64,000 nucleotides of DNA. It comes from Perkinsus chesapeaki ATCC PRA-425 (Eukaryota > Protista > Perkinsozoa). The stretch's first letter is position 1, and the number at the start of each line of letters is the position of its first letter. The notes under the pieces were generated by a model, which saw only the letters and a program-made list of their open reading frames with translations, did no database searches and was not told where the DNA came from. A program made the translations under genes and the position numbers. Below are positions 12,800-26,275 of the stretch, piece after piece. Location of the stretch: the NCBI GenBank assembly GCA_013115145.1, contig JAAPAO010000101.1:13817-77816 (forward strand). Reading direction: 5' to 3'.

Positions 12800-15600
12800 A
12801 AATGTACCAGTAGGGTGACTCACAAACCTGATGACAGTGATCCACTGGGATCATCCCAAGCTTTGATAGCATTCACTCTGTACTATTACTAACAGATTAA
12901 GGTATCACTGTTATCATGCTTTACTGGGCTTGTTAACAAACTTACTCAGTTGAAGACTTGAACATACTTACTCATTGCGAGCCCTCGCTGGGTCAGATGC
13001 ACTTTCTAGGGCCATTTTTATTAAAAGAAGGTCAAGAATAGCAGATAGAAACAATAAGCAGTAGATGAGCGTTCCCCTGTTTGGTACTGGTGCATGTACG
13101 TGGAATATATTAAGTATATCTTATTAATTCGATTTATAGCAGAGCGTGCGGAGGGTGCATTACATTCAATTGAGCCTACTAAAATAATCAAATTTATTCT
13201 TCTTCAATCGAACTGGAAAAGCCTAGGGGTGTTTGCCCCCGATCTTCCTTCGGCGACTTGTCGAAGAACGCTCGTCCTAGTTTATTTGCTTATTTGCCAC
13301 ACTTTCCACAATGCGATGGAAAGTCTACGGGCGATGATGCTTTAAATGAAATCAAATAAAACATATACTCTTTCCTTAGACTTCAAGCCTTGAAGCTATG
13401 GAGCCAAGATACCTTGACGTGAAGATGAGGTCTTTCAAGAGGCAAGTGTCGTCTCGTAACAACATTGTTGGGTACATACGGTATTGAGTCGATATAAGAT
13501 CTAATTCAATGGCTCCCACTTTTGCCTTGCTAATCTTACTAGGTTTGTTACAAATCATTTGTATCACTTCACTAAAATGTCACATAGCGGTTCGATGTCT
13601 ACTATTCCCGCAGCACCGCCCCCAACAGTGAGCGATGCTGTCCTCTCTGGTCATCCTGATGTCAATCAAACGTGTATTGAGAATACAATGGAAGATGAGA
13701 TGTTAATGTGAGAAACGGTATGCTTGTCTGCTGATGAGATATATCAATCGCTTTACGAAAATAATTTGTTGTAAGCTATGATGAATCAAATTTAATTCAG
13801 GACGTCCAAGTTTGCTCCTCGATTTCGAAGAGACTTTACGGAGACGGTGGATTCGGCGATGCCCACTCGTGCTCCTCCCGATGATGGCACTGTTGAGGAG
13901 TTCGATGAAGAGGTAAGCCAATACTTGGCTTGAAGGAATAGAGAATCTTGCACACAATAGTTTCACAGAGTCATTCCACCACAACGCATATTGAATCGAC
14001 ATCGAATCCACCGCCTTGGAAATCGCTGGCCTTATAATGGGAGTCTTATTATTCCTACATTTCTTTAGTATTATCTCAAGATATCTATATACTAGTGGCT
14101 TTTTCAATGTTTTTTCATCAACCTTAAGCGATAAGTTGGGACTATCCTCGGCCGTTCATAGCGGTAGATTTGAAAACGTAGGTAGTAATTAAAAACCTGA
14201 TATCCTTAGTATGAGTTTTGGCATATTATTATATTACCGTAATCAGGGCCCATGTACGGGAAATCGAGTTAGTTGCGGCCCTGGGCCGCGTAATATTATT
14301 ACGTATCGGCCTGGGTTACACAGAACCTTCTTGTAACGGAGTTGGTATTATACGTCAACTTTGCCAAGTATAGAGCGGCACTCGGTATCTCTAGTCTTTC
14401 GATTTCTCCTCGTGTTTCTTCAGTGTGAGAAGTATCTGGCCAGTCACCCTGACTTCATGCGAACTCTATGGCACGATAGGCTTGTACAGAGACAGACGGG
14501 TCTGTTGGAGAAGCATATGCAGATGACACAACGTCAGCATCAGGACCTTACAATGGCTATCAAACAGGTAGGGGAACTGCGTACCGGCTGTGCCTCTGGC
14601 GGCTCTCGTTCAATGTACTCTTGTGTGATAACTTTTGGACCAGCATGCTTCTGGATTTGACAGCTCTCCTGGCCCAAGCTTTTACCCATTTAGTTTTAAT
14701 GATTTCCTCGCGCAATCCAACTTGATGTTGCGGTCGCTCTGAACGTTTCCGACATCACTTAATTCCGGACGGGATTGTTTCCGGATTGTTTCCATCCTAG
14801 GTGTAATAACCCTAGAATGCATCGTGCACTGATGCTCATCTCACGGCTTCTTGCCACCTGCTCAGAGCAGGCTGGTCTTACAACTTGCGGTGCCGGAGGC
14901 GCTACGTCAAGACCACCCTCAGTGGTATCCGTCTGTCGGACGGCTTAGGCGAAGCCATTCAGCGTGCAAAAAGCATACTGATACAATGACTGATTTACAC
15001 CTGATTGGTGTAAATACAGGAGCATTGTAGGCATCACGCGTGACATACGTTGTCCGACGCGACATAGCATCTATTTACCATGATAAAAGTGTGGATTCAC
15101 GGAATAGCTCCGTGGACCCAACGAGATGCTCCACTGGAGCTGCTGTCTTTTTGCATGGTAGTCTAATTGCTTGGGTCTCTCTTGAAGCTGTGGAACCGGT
15201 AGTTTTGACGACGGCACCAAACTGATCAGTGTACAGGATCGCTTCATTCCGGTGGAGACTGTACTACCAGTTACCGAGTCGGTAATACCGACTCGCTACC
15301 AGTGAGGTGGAAATTAACAACCAGTGAACAATATTGACTACATTAATATCAAGTGATGTGACCATGGTGCGCTGCGGCATGAGAGACAACAGGTGCACCG
15401 GCGCTCTCTGCGACGGCCAATATGTGAAGACAGCGGTTGCTCTTGTGTCACAGCCGCACGCGATAACGTTTGGGCAGTAGAATGGTAACTTCGAAAGACG
15501 TACCATTGAATCAATGACATTGGCGTGACATCTATAACTGCCGCTAAGATCGCCAAGCTGAGGCGAGAGCTGCGGCTTGGGCTCTATACCACTAGTCATA
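12800..15600 (+). CDS. One or more multi-exon hypothetical genes
   Basis: Splice-bounded open segments such as RTSKFAPRFRRDFTETVDSAMPTRAPPDDGTVEEFDEE (~13800-13913) and CEKYLASHPDFMRTLWHDRLVQRQTGLLEKHMQMTQRQHQDLTMAIKQ (14424-14567); no family recognised. Confidence 0.35.
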
Positions 15601-15999
15601 TGTATGGCTATCAAAGTACGAATACATTATATACTATGGTCGCTCGAAGGAATTTCAGTTGCAGTTCAATAGTCAACGGCTTTTGTTTGTATGAGATGAT
15701 TTAACCATCGCATAATGGTTTGTATATGAGATTGATCTAACAAACTAAACAAAATAATCAACTGTATAAGATTTCGTTGGCATTCTTGTAAAAATGGAAA
15801 ATGCGAATTATATTATGAAAATAAGAATATTATTAAAAAATATCAAAAGACTGTTGATACTTTCGATATTGTGAGGAAGACACTGCTATGATCTTCAACT
15901 CTGTTCCTTCTCTTTGTTTGATCAGAAACATTCCTTCTAGCATGAGTATAGTGTAATACTATTGAATTTAAGCAATGTCGTACTAGGAAAGACTCGCTA

Positions 16000-18900
16000 C
16001 TACTCCTGTCGAGGAGAGATAAGACAGAGTAGACTACTGCCAGCACTGTAGGTGCTATCTATGCAAGTTGATGGTATGAGGAGGAAAGTAGAGGAAAGCG
16101 ATCAGCAGCTGGACAATGCACGAGATAGAGCGCAGAAGGAAGCACAGGACAAGCTGGAAGTAAGAATGCATCGAGGGGCTTCGAAGGTTACAGTAGAAGC
16201 ATGAAGTGTGCACCCATCGATTCTGGCTCGGTGCTGCTGTTGGAACCCATCGCTCTCAATATCGGCATTATATTTGCTGCTCAGCTCCACTGTGTGATTT
16301 AGGGGTTGTTCATGTTTGTGTACAGTTGGCTCTAACACTGCTTAATGAGAGAAGTGAGAGGATAGTGGAGCAGCTTAAGAATGGAGCTAACTTCGATGCG
16401 GCTTTGAAAGCTACTGTGAAAGAGATATCGAAGGCACGGACAGCAGAGGAAGAAACTAAAGAAAATTGTTGTAGACGTCATAATTGTGCAGGAGCGGCTT
16501 CAAGTGAGTTTATGCTAGTGGGATCGGGGGATCTTCGCTAGCTGAGAATGTCATAAAATGTCGCTTCTAGTAAAAGAGTCATGGCCCTTGGAAAAACGTC
16601 CCTAGGCCGACAGGAAACATCGAAAGGCTTTCTCTTCTGAGATGGTGACTCTGAGTAGGCTTAGCGAGAATCACAAAGAGCACGTGGCACGGCAGTGTGC
16701 AGTACCTATTACAGTTTATAGTGAATCATCACATTAGAAGTTCCAGCCTAGATCCATACATGTGACGTACTATAGGATAGAGATTATAGTGAGATTTGAA
16801 TACATATGCGCCAAGCGGTATTCCTGTCAGGTCCAACAGGCTCCCCATCAGTTATGGCCGGATTAAAGAGTGAGCTGAAACTAGTTCAAAGGCAGCTGGA
16901 TGAGGTAAGCTCAGGCTCTCATCGCCCTCAGTTTCTAGTCTATATGGTGGTTGTAGTTGTTCCAATAGCTCTTTCTCCCATTGCACCTTATTGCGACCTT
17001 ATTGCAAACATAGAAAGTTGGTAATACAGTATACCCCTCCGGCTCGCGACGTATTCCGTTGAGCTTGCTTTTTGTGGAATTAAGTTTGTGTCTCGAATCT
17101 CCGCAGGTCCTAACCCGAGCGGTAACCATGCGTACCGATGCTGTCCTAGAGGCAGATAAAGCTAAGCAAGTGGGTAGCCTTCCGACAAGAGGCGGAGGCG
17201 ACAGCACCCAAAGCCGGCTCCCTGCTGGCAGTCGAGTGCAGGTAGGGCAGCTCGACTGAGACTAGCGTTGCTTGTGTGGCTCCAGATTGGCGGCTATTAC
17301 GATGGGGTTCGGTCTGAAGTTGATGATATCATGGCTGAAGTGAGAAGTATAAAGTGGACATTTGACGGCGATAAAAGCCTCGTCGATTGGGAGAAGAAAA
17401 AACTGAAGGAAGTCGACAAAAGCACGCCAATGCGGCGCCCAAGAATGCGGAAGGTTCGAACTTGCGTCTGTACTGAGTCGCCGAACGCCGTTCCTTCCCG
17501 CAGCCACCGCCTGTACACTACTCTGACACTCGTGTCCCAATGGGTGACGGTGAGGCTCCTGCGGGTGGGCTTGGGGTGGAAGGTGAGTTAAGTCCTGCTC
17601 CGCTCCGCTTGATTTTATATATTTTAGTTGCTGGTCATGGACCTCTATCCAAGAAGCCTGCAGCGGTCAGTAAGGCTAAGGTGACTGAGAAAGTCGCGAA
17701 AGTGCCTAAGGCAAGTGAATAGGTGAAGGCACCTGTGACATTTTTTAGAGCTTTCTGTTAGGCTAGTCCAGCAGTGGTATCGCAGACAATCAGGGCGAGG
17801 CTTGGCCGTCCGATGCCGAAAGGCAGAGCCAAGGCGGCGAGCAGCGGCGGTGTTCCCGTGGTGAAGGCGGACAAGGCCGTCTCTACTAGCTCCGCACTGG
17901 AGCAGCCTGAATGGGACAACACAGTCCTAGACTGTGAGATACCACGAGAGCCGCCGCCGCTCAGAAAGAAACAACCGAAGCAACGACCGGCGTCTAAGCC
18001 ACGGCCGAAGCACGGAGCCAAGGCGAGTGGGGTGGGAGGGAAGGGCAGCAGGAGGGTCGAGGCGAAACGGTCGGTGCAGGGGAGAGATGGTGCGAAGTGG
18101 AATGCAGTGAATGATTTAGTGATGCTAATACCACCGGCAGTGGCGCCAAATCCTAAGATGATGGGCCTTACGGGCAGCACAATGTGGAGCACGAAGGCTG
18201 CAAGTGGTGGGATACCTGTGCCGCAATTGAGGGGAGGGGAGGATTCTCTTGTGGAACGATTAACAAGAAAATACGGAACTGGAGTCGAGTCGGAGAGCTC
18301 GTTAATGACGGAGTCTTTTATAAGGGAAGGATTGAGTCTGATGGAGCATCACATGCTGCATAGGCCCGACAGTGGGCAGCGAGGAGCTGGAGATGGCGGC
18401 AGGGGAGTGGGGCAGGGGGAAGGCAAGGGGATAGATGGCGTTACGCTGAAGGAGGTTAAGGAATGCTTGCGGGAGGTATTGGAGCAAGGCAAGACGAGAC
18501 CGATAATGAGGAATACTGGAACGGCATCGGAGACAGTGGGAGTGAAGGGAGTGGACGCTGGGGTGGGGGCTGAAGTGCGTATGAGGACATCGGCCTTGCA
18601 AACAGAAACGGTAGGGCAGGAGGAGGTGCTCCAAGGTGGTCGGTGGCCTGCTGGCGAGTGCTTAGTCAATCTGAGAAATACAAATGAAAGTAGTGGCATT
18701 GAAGTTGCTTGCACAGGAGCTATTGCGAAGAACACAGCAGTGGAACTATAGTGCCCGTCCTCTCGCCAACATCTCATATCTCCCTCTCCAGATTGTGGGA
18801 TCTATTTCATTGTCAATAATCTGGCTGTGTGATACCAGCGTCCGATGCACCCCTGTCTCAGGCTGCACACGAGGATTCTGGGGTGGACCCGATGCCTGTG

Positions 18901-21700
18901 CTGGAGGAAGCTCCTTTAAGGGCTGCAAAGAGCGAGAGAAGGGAGCAAGAAGGGGGGAGCAAAGAGTGCCAGCCACGATATCAAATTCCACCGGGAGCGG
19001 CCACTGTTCCCGTGAATGATGATCATGTAGGTGATGTATTATTATAATAACTCTACATTAATAGCTATGAGTAATTTAATAACTATTATTATCAATTTGC
19101 CTTAGTATGTAGTTTATTACAAGTTGTCGAAACCAATGTAGTTCCTTCATCTTTTACCTTTAGGTTGTCCCCATTAACGAGCACCACGTTCAAGGTACAC
19201 AGACGGAAGCTCAGACAGTAGAGAACATCTTGCCAACTTCAAGAGATGGTGAGATCTCAGTCGATAGCGCTTGGATTTCGAAGTCCTTCAGATGCAGCAG
19301 TGTCGGCTCACCTCAATTCGAGCAGCGGAACCGCTTCGTCTTTAAAAGTATCAGCCACGCAAAGTGTCGACAGGTGTGCCTTATCTACACTTATTTCCGG
19401 AATTCTGGTCTCAGCGTCGCGACGAACTCTTTGTTGGGTTCAAGCCGAAGCTCTTTGCCTGATAACGAAGGACCTAGGTCACCTGGTGAGTCATAATTTT
19501 GTGGCGCAGTGAAGTTGATTTGGTCAGGCGAAATACGGCGGCGGCAAGAACCGGAAGGACTCACTGCTTCTGTGTCTGAAGGGGAAATTAGAGAGATTCA
19601 TGATGCACCGACAACATGAGGATTTTCTCAATATTCAAGTGTCTAGTTGGTCCCGAAGTGGGCAAGTAACAGTGGACAGTAATTAATGGCATCAAATACA
19701 AGCAATACCACGGCCTTCGCATACGTCCCGTCAGTGGCGTCACACCAGCAGTGTGCGACAGCTGTAGGTCAGCTGGAGGCTGGTGGGTATTAGACTAAAC
19801 ATGGGCGGATGGAGCTACCTGAGAATCAGGCTCACTACCATCGGCTCCTAACGAATCACTTCATCCATACGACCCAAAAGCTCATTCAGCAGAACAGAAC
19901 GAGTTGGATGCTTTAGAGGCTCAAGAATCGGCATACTCAAGGTCACATTCAGATAACGCTGTAGAACTCCCTCATGATGGAAGATGTGGACGCAGCCTGG
20001 TGAGGAGGCCAGGCATGAGGGCATGATGTTGTCCATAAGGGCCTTGGAGCTACCGGGATATTGACAGCTGCCAGCTCCATTTCTGTCGCAAAAGGGCCCG
20101 AGTATGGTGGAGGAGGACTGGATCTTGGTGGGGAAGATGATCACTTCACGACAGAGCGAGACGAACTGAAAGGAAGTGAGCCGCCTGCGCTTGAGAGTTC
20201 CTGATGAAGGATGTAGCGAGCGCCACTTCTACGAGAGGACCGCTTAGAGCTGGTGGTTTGAAGACCACTATAACACAGCCTGAGGCGTTGGTGAATGAAC
20301 AAAGTTATCCATCTATGGTAACCTTGACCGTTGCTGTGGAAGATACGGTATGGCTCAGGCGGGGTGCTGTTGTCCGAGCTGCCAGTCTAAGAGGCAGCAA
20401 CTCAGGGGCAATGGCGATGATAAGGGCGGAGCTGCCACATCGATCGATCCGGATCTGGTTAGTTTACTCTTATATGACGGACATTCTTTGTTGTTTCTCC
20501 CACGGTGCGCACCGAATCTTAATACTCTTATCATGCCCTCAATAACATACTTCATGGACACCTCACTTTTTATAACTCAACCCACTTACTAAAGATACAG
20601 TAATTGAAGTTATATAGAATGGCTTTCAGGAAATGGAGATGTACCGTCAGACTCAACAACTCGTGTACGTTACACAGCTGAGCAACATCCTAGCTCAACG
20701 TGTAAGTGACTTCAAGAGAGAGTGCCGGGAGAAGCGGAAGGCAGCACGAGAGACAGCCGATACCCTGGCTAAAGGGGCTTTGGCACCGGAGGAGAGCACC
20801 ACTTCACAGAGGTGAGTGAATCATCGCCGCACTGTGCAGGGTTACCCTTATAGAGAGCTTAACGATTTGGATATCTGGACCTGTGTTCCGAAGCGTCGCG
20901 GAGGAAATGGCAACTCTGATTCACCCACATGGCAGTGCCCGGTTATGTGAACATCACGGACGATTGGGCATTGTGTTGAAAGATATGATGATTGCAGTCT
21001 TATTTGAGATCACTATGGTCACAAATCCAGCCTCTGACACGGTACCTACAGAGCACAATGGAGATGTCGAGAAGAGTGAACAGGTAGCCTGGTGACACCA
21101 TTACGAGTGAAGTTGGTGGTGCGCAGGGGATGTGCACTTGCGCGCGGTGCATAGCATTGGCCTTGCAACATGCGAACGGTCAAGTTATGACGGCCCAGCA
21201 ACAGCTTGAAATCGCCCTTAGAGCAGGGCCTCGGCGAGAAGGAGATAAGGGTGCTGGAGAGCACCGAATGACGAGCTCGGACGACTTGACAGATGTAACG
21301 GATTCTAGGAGTGGTTGATACTACAGTTGGACAGGCATTAGAGCTGAGGAGGAGGCAACTGCAACTGGAGAGAGCTAGAGAGTTGCAACAGCATATACAA
21401 AATCAAATGGGTCTCTTCCAGTTTTGGATACAACAATTATATACTGCCCACCGATCACAGGAGGGGAATTCGGAGGGAGAGGAGAATGCACCGAAGAGTG
21501 CCCCATTCATGATAACCCCGTATACGTGAGCAGCTGCATGCTCATGTTATCGTCAATATTGATGATAGGCACCAATGGCTGATAAGTGGAACTCATCGAG
21601 CAAGCGAGGAAGGTATAACAGCTGATAGTGATGATGACGAGCATGAAGATGAGGACCCTGCGACACTCTATAGGTGGTTCCCTTAATGCAGAGTTATTAT
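16000..21700 (+). CDS. Multi-exon hypothetical coiled-coil / low-complexity protein(s)
   Basis: E/K/Q/R-rich exons (ELKSELKLVQRQLDE; ALELRRRQLQLERARELQQHIQNQ) and a long open exon at 17774-18751 bounded by splice-like sites. Confidence 0.4.
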
Positions 21701-21799
21701 CAGTGGATACTCCGATCTACAACTAACGAGACCACTATAGGCCATATATATTCCGAATATGATATTGGCTAATCAATCTGGGTGTACGGTATTCCACCT

Positions 21800-22700
21800 C
21801 CTGGTCTGTTGTTGAATATGCCATATGCTCGTTGCGGGAGGGAAATATTTTGCTAGCATGCTCCCGCACGTCTGGAGGGGAACCTCCGACAGAAAGTTTG
21901 TTATTAATTCTTGTCAGATATATCTCGCATGCTGTCGCTGCCTTGAGAGAATGGCGGAGGGATTTCAGTTGTATGATCGCTAAGCATGGAAGCTAGCATG
22001 ATTGCCATATTACATGTCTCGGTAAAAAGATTTCATGTCTGAAGACGAGTTCGATGTTCCCGTGTTTTGTTGGGAACTTGCAAGGATAGTAGTTCAACTC
22101 CAAAGGTGCACGGAATGGCAACATGTGCTGCAGTTCGAGCGAGGCTGTATTAGCGGTATCCGGTTTCCCAGGTCTATCGGTTACGTTGGTAACTATGCGA
22201 AAGTTAAGCTGGACAATGACGGAAATTTGGAAATTTCCGCGGAAACATCCTTGGTGGAAAGTGAGAAAGGATGAGCCACCATACAAAGAGACAAACGCTC
22301 GATATGGGCCCAGTTGCTGCAGCTCAGAGTCTTGCCCGTGATAGTAGACTTTTCCAAGGGGTACTGCCGGACATACATTCAAAATGCTGTATGATGCAGA
22401 ATTGGTGAGGTGCCACTTTCGGATCCAAACTGTAGGGCAACAGCAGAGCCGCCATTCTTCAATTGGGAAATGAAAAACGTAGCGACCGATGCAGACAAAG
22501 ATATCAAACAGCTCATACAAATACGTGAGCTATGTATACTTATAGAGTATTACTATACGGCCCACTGCATGCCGGCGATGACTCATGGTTTCGGCAAGGC
22601 AGCAGCAGCCCACTTAAGCACCCCTATACTAATCAACTGGTGCGTAACTCGCCGCGAGAAGCAGGATGGAGTGTTAAACACTGTGCATTTACACTAATGT
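21800..22700 (+). CDS. Multi-exon hypothetical protein
   Basis: Open segment MSEDEFDVPVFCWELAR..GNYAKVKLDNDGNLEISAETSLVE ending at a GTGAG donor (~22260), followed by further AG/GT-bounded segments. Confidence 0.3.
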
Positions 22701-23150
22701 GATCATGAAGCGCCGACTGTTCTACTGCCTAAATTCGAGATCTTGGAGTTCCCAAGTAGGCACAGTGCGCCAGGAGCACACGCACGCGTACAGCTGCACG
22801 CAGACCCATACAAGAAAAGTTTACTTAGTAAACTGCCGACGCAAAAGTGTTAATATCACTGCCAGTATTATCTGATCTCTCCGATATAGACTTCTGGTGT
22901 AGCCACCATAGCATGTACCTCTTTTCATAACTTCACGCGGTCGATAGGTTGCGGTTCGTCCGATAGCACAGGTACAAATCCCAGCGACGGCACTTTCTCC
23001 TTTTTTGGCCGACGTCACCAAAAGGAATGAAGGCTAGCGCTCCCTCGGATGAGCTTCGGGTTGAAGCACCGACGTCTTTAGCGTTGCATTAGTTATTATT
23101 TATATCCACTATTCAGTTGTTGTTTAACTCTATCAAGCCCCATACTATAT

Positions 23151-24512
23151 ATGGTGTCGTCCCAGACAAAAGTATCTCTTCCAGGCAGCGGTGACCGTGG
23201 CCGCCTGCTAGGCCCAAAAACCCACCTTATATTCTTCACTATATGCGAGATCTTGGTGTATTTTGATAGAGGTCTCATTGCTGGTTTGAACCTCTATTTA
23301 AAGAACTCACTCAATCTCACTGACTTTGAAGTCGGCCTCCTTGGCGGTATGTTCATCCTTGGTTACGTCGTTGCCTCCCCGATATTCGCTATTCTCGGTC
23401 AAATATCTGGTGTATGGACAATCCGTTCTATCTGCATTGGTCTTGTGGTTTGGGTCATAGCTAATATCCTTACTGGGGTTGTACCCACGTCTTTCGGTCT
23501 CATTGTAGCTTGTCGTACCTTAACTGGTGTTGGCGAGGCCGCCTTCTGTTCTCTAGCTCCTCCTATAATTGATGATTCCGCTCCAGCGGGTAAGGGTTCT
23601 ACTTTCCTCGGTATATTTTTCATGGCACTATATGTTGGCCAAGCACTCGGTTACGTTGGTTCAGGATTTTTCCCCACGTGGGAGTCTGGCCAATATGGTT
23701 TCCTCGGTGAGGCATTACTTATGATAATCGTCATCGTTCTTGCCTTAGTGTGGCAAAAGCGCTTCAAGGTCCCAGACAGGAACCCTTCCGATTACAGCGG
23801 AGGTCTCCTTAGGCAGTTTGTTGTATTGGTGAGTAGTCCGACTTATATGACTTTGATCATCGGTTACTCTGCCTTTATGTTTGCCGTTGGTGGCTTCGCC
23901 TACTGGGGCCCTGCTGCAATTCAAGTTATATGGGGAGCTTCTCAAACAGTGGGCAGCATGGGTTTCGGTGCTCTTACCGTTATCTGTGGTGTTATTGGCA
24001 CCTTGCTTGGCGGTTATATTCTTGACGTTATGAGCAGGAAGTTCGCTGGTAGAAAGTCACGTCTTCATGTATCATGTGTTATATCTTTTGTCTTACTTGC
24101 TATCGCTATTCCTTTCGCCATTGCTGGTGGTTGGAGCAACTCTGTATATCTATTTTTTGCTCTAATGTTTATAGTAGAATTCTTCCTCTTCGCCACAACT
24201 GCCCCGTCAAATGTAGCAATCATGGAATCCGTGCCATCCCACCTTCGTGGCCAAGCTATAGCCATATCAGTCGGTGTCAGTCATATCCTCGGCGACTTTC
24301 CTAGCCCTATCTTGATGGGTATCTGGAACGATAATATTGGCTACAGATGGTCGTTGTGTATCTGCGGCTGTTGGTTAATGTTTGGTGTGGTATTGTGGTT
24401 TGCAGCAAGCTTCTTGAGTCGACGTACCAGTGATCCTCCGGCGTCCACTGAAGCCTCGGTTGACTCGGTTGAGGCAAAGTCTTCTTCTTCTTCCAAAGTT
24501 GTTGAGCCATAG
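23151..24512 (+). CDS. SPNS: Spinster-family (SPNS-like) MFS transporter, intronless, copy 1
   Basis: 453-aa ORF with about 12 hydrophobic segments and Spinster-like motifs: YFDRGLIAG, CRTLTGVGEAAFCSLAPPIIDD, FAVGGFAYWGP, ESVPSHLRGQAIA..SHILGDFPSP. Confidence 0.88.
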   Translation: MVSSQTKVSLPGSGDRGRLLGPKTHLIFFTICEILVYFDRGLIAGLNLYLKNSLNLTDFEVGLLGGMFILGYVVASPIFAILGQISGVWTIRSICIGLVVWVIANILTGVVPTSFGLIVACRTLTGVGEAAFCSLAPPIIDDSAPAGKGSTFLGIFFMALYVGQALGYVGSGFFPTWESGQYGFLGEALLMIIVIVLALVWQKRFKVPDRNPSDYSGGLLRQFVVLVSSPTYMTLIIGYSAFMFAVGGFAYWGPAAIQVIWGASQTVGSMGFGALTVICGVIGTLLGGYILDVMSRKFAGRKSRLHVSCVISFVLLAIAIPFAIAGGWSNSVYLFFALMFIVEFFLFATTAPSNVAIMESVPSHLRGQAIAISVGVSHILGDFPSPILMGIWNDNIGYRWSLCICGCWLMFGVVLWFAASFLSRRTSDPPASTEASVDSVEAKSSSSSKVVEP

Positions 24513-24758
24513 TTGTATTTATGTCCGTTATGTTGTCAATCATCACCGTGTCTGTAAAGGTACGTAGTCCTCGTGGCATACCAGCATTTACAGTCCATGA
24601 GTATATACGGTGGTGCCCTTTAACGAGATGATGATCGTTCTTACAGTGTACCATATACGCTATCCTTTCCATCGAACATTGTTTCTTTTCATCGTAATTA
24701 TACAGTTGTTGAGTTCTACAGTATCGAGCCTTTCGGTAGCAGCATCATCCACGGTTAA

Positions 24759-26093
24759 ATGACATTAAAGCTGTTTAATCGTGACAGTGAAGTCCACGGT
24801 GTGCTTGGTCCTAAAACCCACCTTACGTACTTTACTTTAGCATATGTTTTGGTGTATTGTGATCAAGGCTTATTTGCTGGTATGAACATCTATTTGGGCA
24901 AAGATGGTTTACAGTTTAGTGATGTTCAAATTGGTATGTTGGGTGGTTTGTTCATCCTCGGCTTCGTGCTAATGTCTCCTATATTCGCCAGGATCGGCCA
25001 AATTTCGCCCGTATGGACTATAAGGGCAATCTATATAGGTATGATATTGTGGATCGTCACCAACGGTATAATGGCGTTAACACCAAGCTCATTTGGCCTT
25101 ATCTTAGCCTGCCGTATGATAAACGGTGGTGGGGGATCGGCATTGGTATCTTTAGCACCTCCTATTCTCGATGATGCCGCACCACCTGGAAAGAGCTCCC
25201 TTTATCTTGGTATCTTCTTCGTGGCTCTTTTTGTGGGTCAAGCTTTGGGCTTTCTTATTGCTGGATTTTTTGATTCGTGGACGAGCGGACAGTACGCATT
25301 TGGCGTTGAAGCCATCATTATGATTATATTTGCTTTTATGGCGTATTGGTGGGAGAGGCGTTTCGATATCAAACCAGTCGAAGAGGGAGATGAGCGTCTC
25401 AGTCTGTGGCAGCAGTTGCTGAAGCTCGCGGCGAATCCAACTTTCATTTGCCTATCGTTTGGATTCTCAGCCTTTATGTTCACAGTAGGCGGCTTCGGGT
25501 TCTGGGGCCCAGCTTTAATACAGTATATATTCAAGACTACTCAAACTATTTCTACTGTAGCATTTGGAGCTGTCACTGTCGTATGCGGGGTAGTAGGGAC
25601 TTTAATAGGAGGATTTGTCTTGGACTATTTAACTGATAAGTGGTCCAGGAAAAAGTCCCGTCTCTTTGTAGCTTCGTTGCTTTCAGCAATTTCCATTATT
25701 ATTGCATGGTTGGTAAGTATTGGTGCACCTTGGGTAAGCAGTATGGTATCGTTCCTGATCATGTTGACTTTAATTGAACTATTTCTCTTTATGTCCACAG
25801 CTCCCTGTAACGTTGCTGTCATGGAGTCGGTCCCACTTTGTTTGAGAGGCCAGGCGGTTGCGGTACTTTGGGCGATTACGCATACATTTGGTGACCTTCC
25901 GAGCCCACTGTTGATGGGTTGGTGGAACGAATCTATAGGTTACAGATGGTCCTTGGAGATATGCGTCGCATGGCTTGTCTTTGGTGGCATACTCTGGGCC
26001 TGTGCTACACTAATATGTCGTAATATTCCCGAAAGTAATGTCAATGAGTTTGAAGAGGCGGTTCATTCAGCCGAGAGTAAAGGTGTTCTGTAG
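24759..26093 (+). CDS. SPNS: Spinster-family (SPNS-like) MFS transporter, intronless, copy 2
   Basis: 444-aa ORF collinear with copy 1 (LGPKTHL, LAPPILDDAAPPGK, GGFGFWGP, ESVPLCLRGQA, HTFGDLPSPLLMG). Confidence 0.88.
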   Translation: MTLKLFNRDSEVHGVLGPKTHLTYFTLAYVLVYCDQGLFAGMNIYLGKDGLQFSDVQIGMLGGLFILGFVLMSPIFARIGQISPVWTIRAIYIGMILWIVTNGIMALTPSSFGLILACRMINGGGGSALVSLAPPILDDAAPPGKSSLYLGIFFVALFVGQALGFLIAGFFDSWTSGQYAFGVEAIIMIIFAFMAYWWERRFDIKPVEEGDERLSLWQQLLKLAANPTFICLSFGFSAFMFTVGGFGFWGPALIQYIFKTTQTISTVAFGAVTVVCGVVGTLIGGFVLDYLTDKWSRKKSRLFVASLLSAISIIIAWLVSIGAPWVSSMVSFLIMLTLIELFLFMSTAPCNVAVMESVPLCLRGQAVAVLWAITHTFGDLPSPLLMGWWNESIGYRWSLEICVAWLVFGGILWACATLICRNIPESNVNEFEEAVHSAESKGVL

Positions 26094-26275
26094 CGCTTGG
26101 CGTCACTGTTGTTGTACAGCCGCATAGGTCAGGCTTTATAAAGTGGTACGAACGTTTAGTGTTCTCGTCAGCAACAAGCTGCTCACTAGTCTGTTTTTCC
26201 TGTCCCTGGGAGTCATTGGTTGAGTTGTTGCAGTAACCGAGGTGGTGGTATCTTTTGTTTTTAAACTCTACCTTC

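Noticed and set aside
12794-12860. Possible C/D snoRNA (GTGATGA..CTGA, with CAGTAGGGT complementary to LSU rRNA)
   Set aside because: The complementary stretch is only 9 nt and not correctly placed before a D box, there is no terminal stem, and the segment also reads as open coding sequence.
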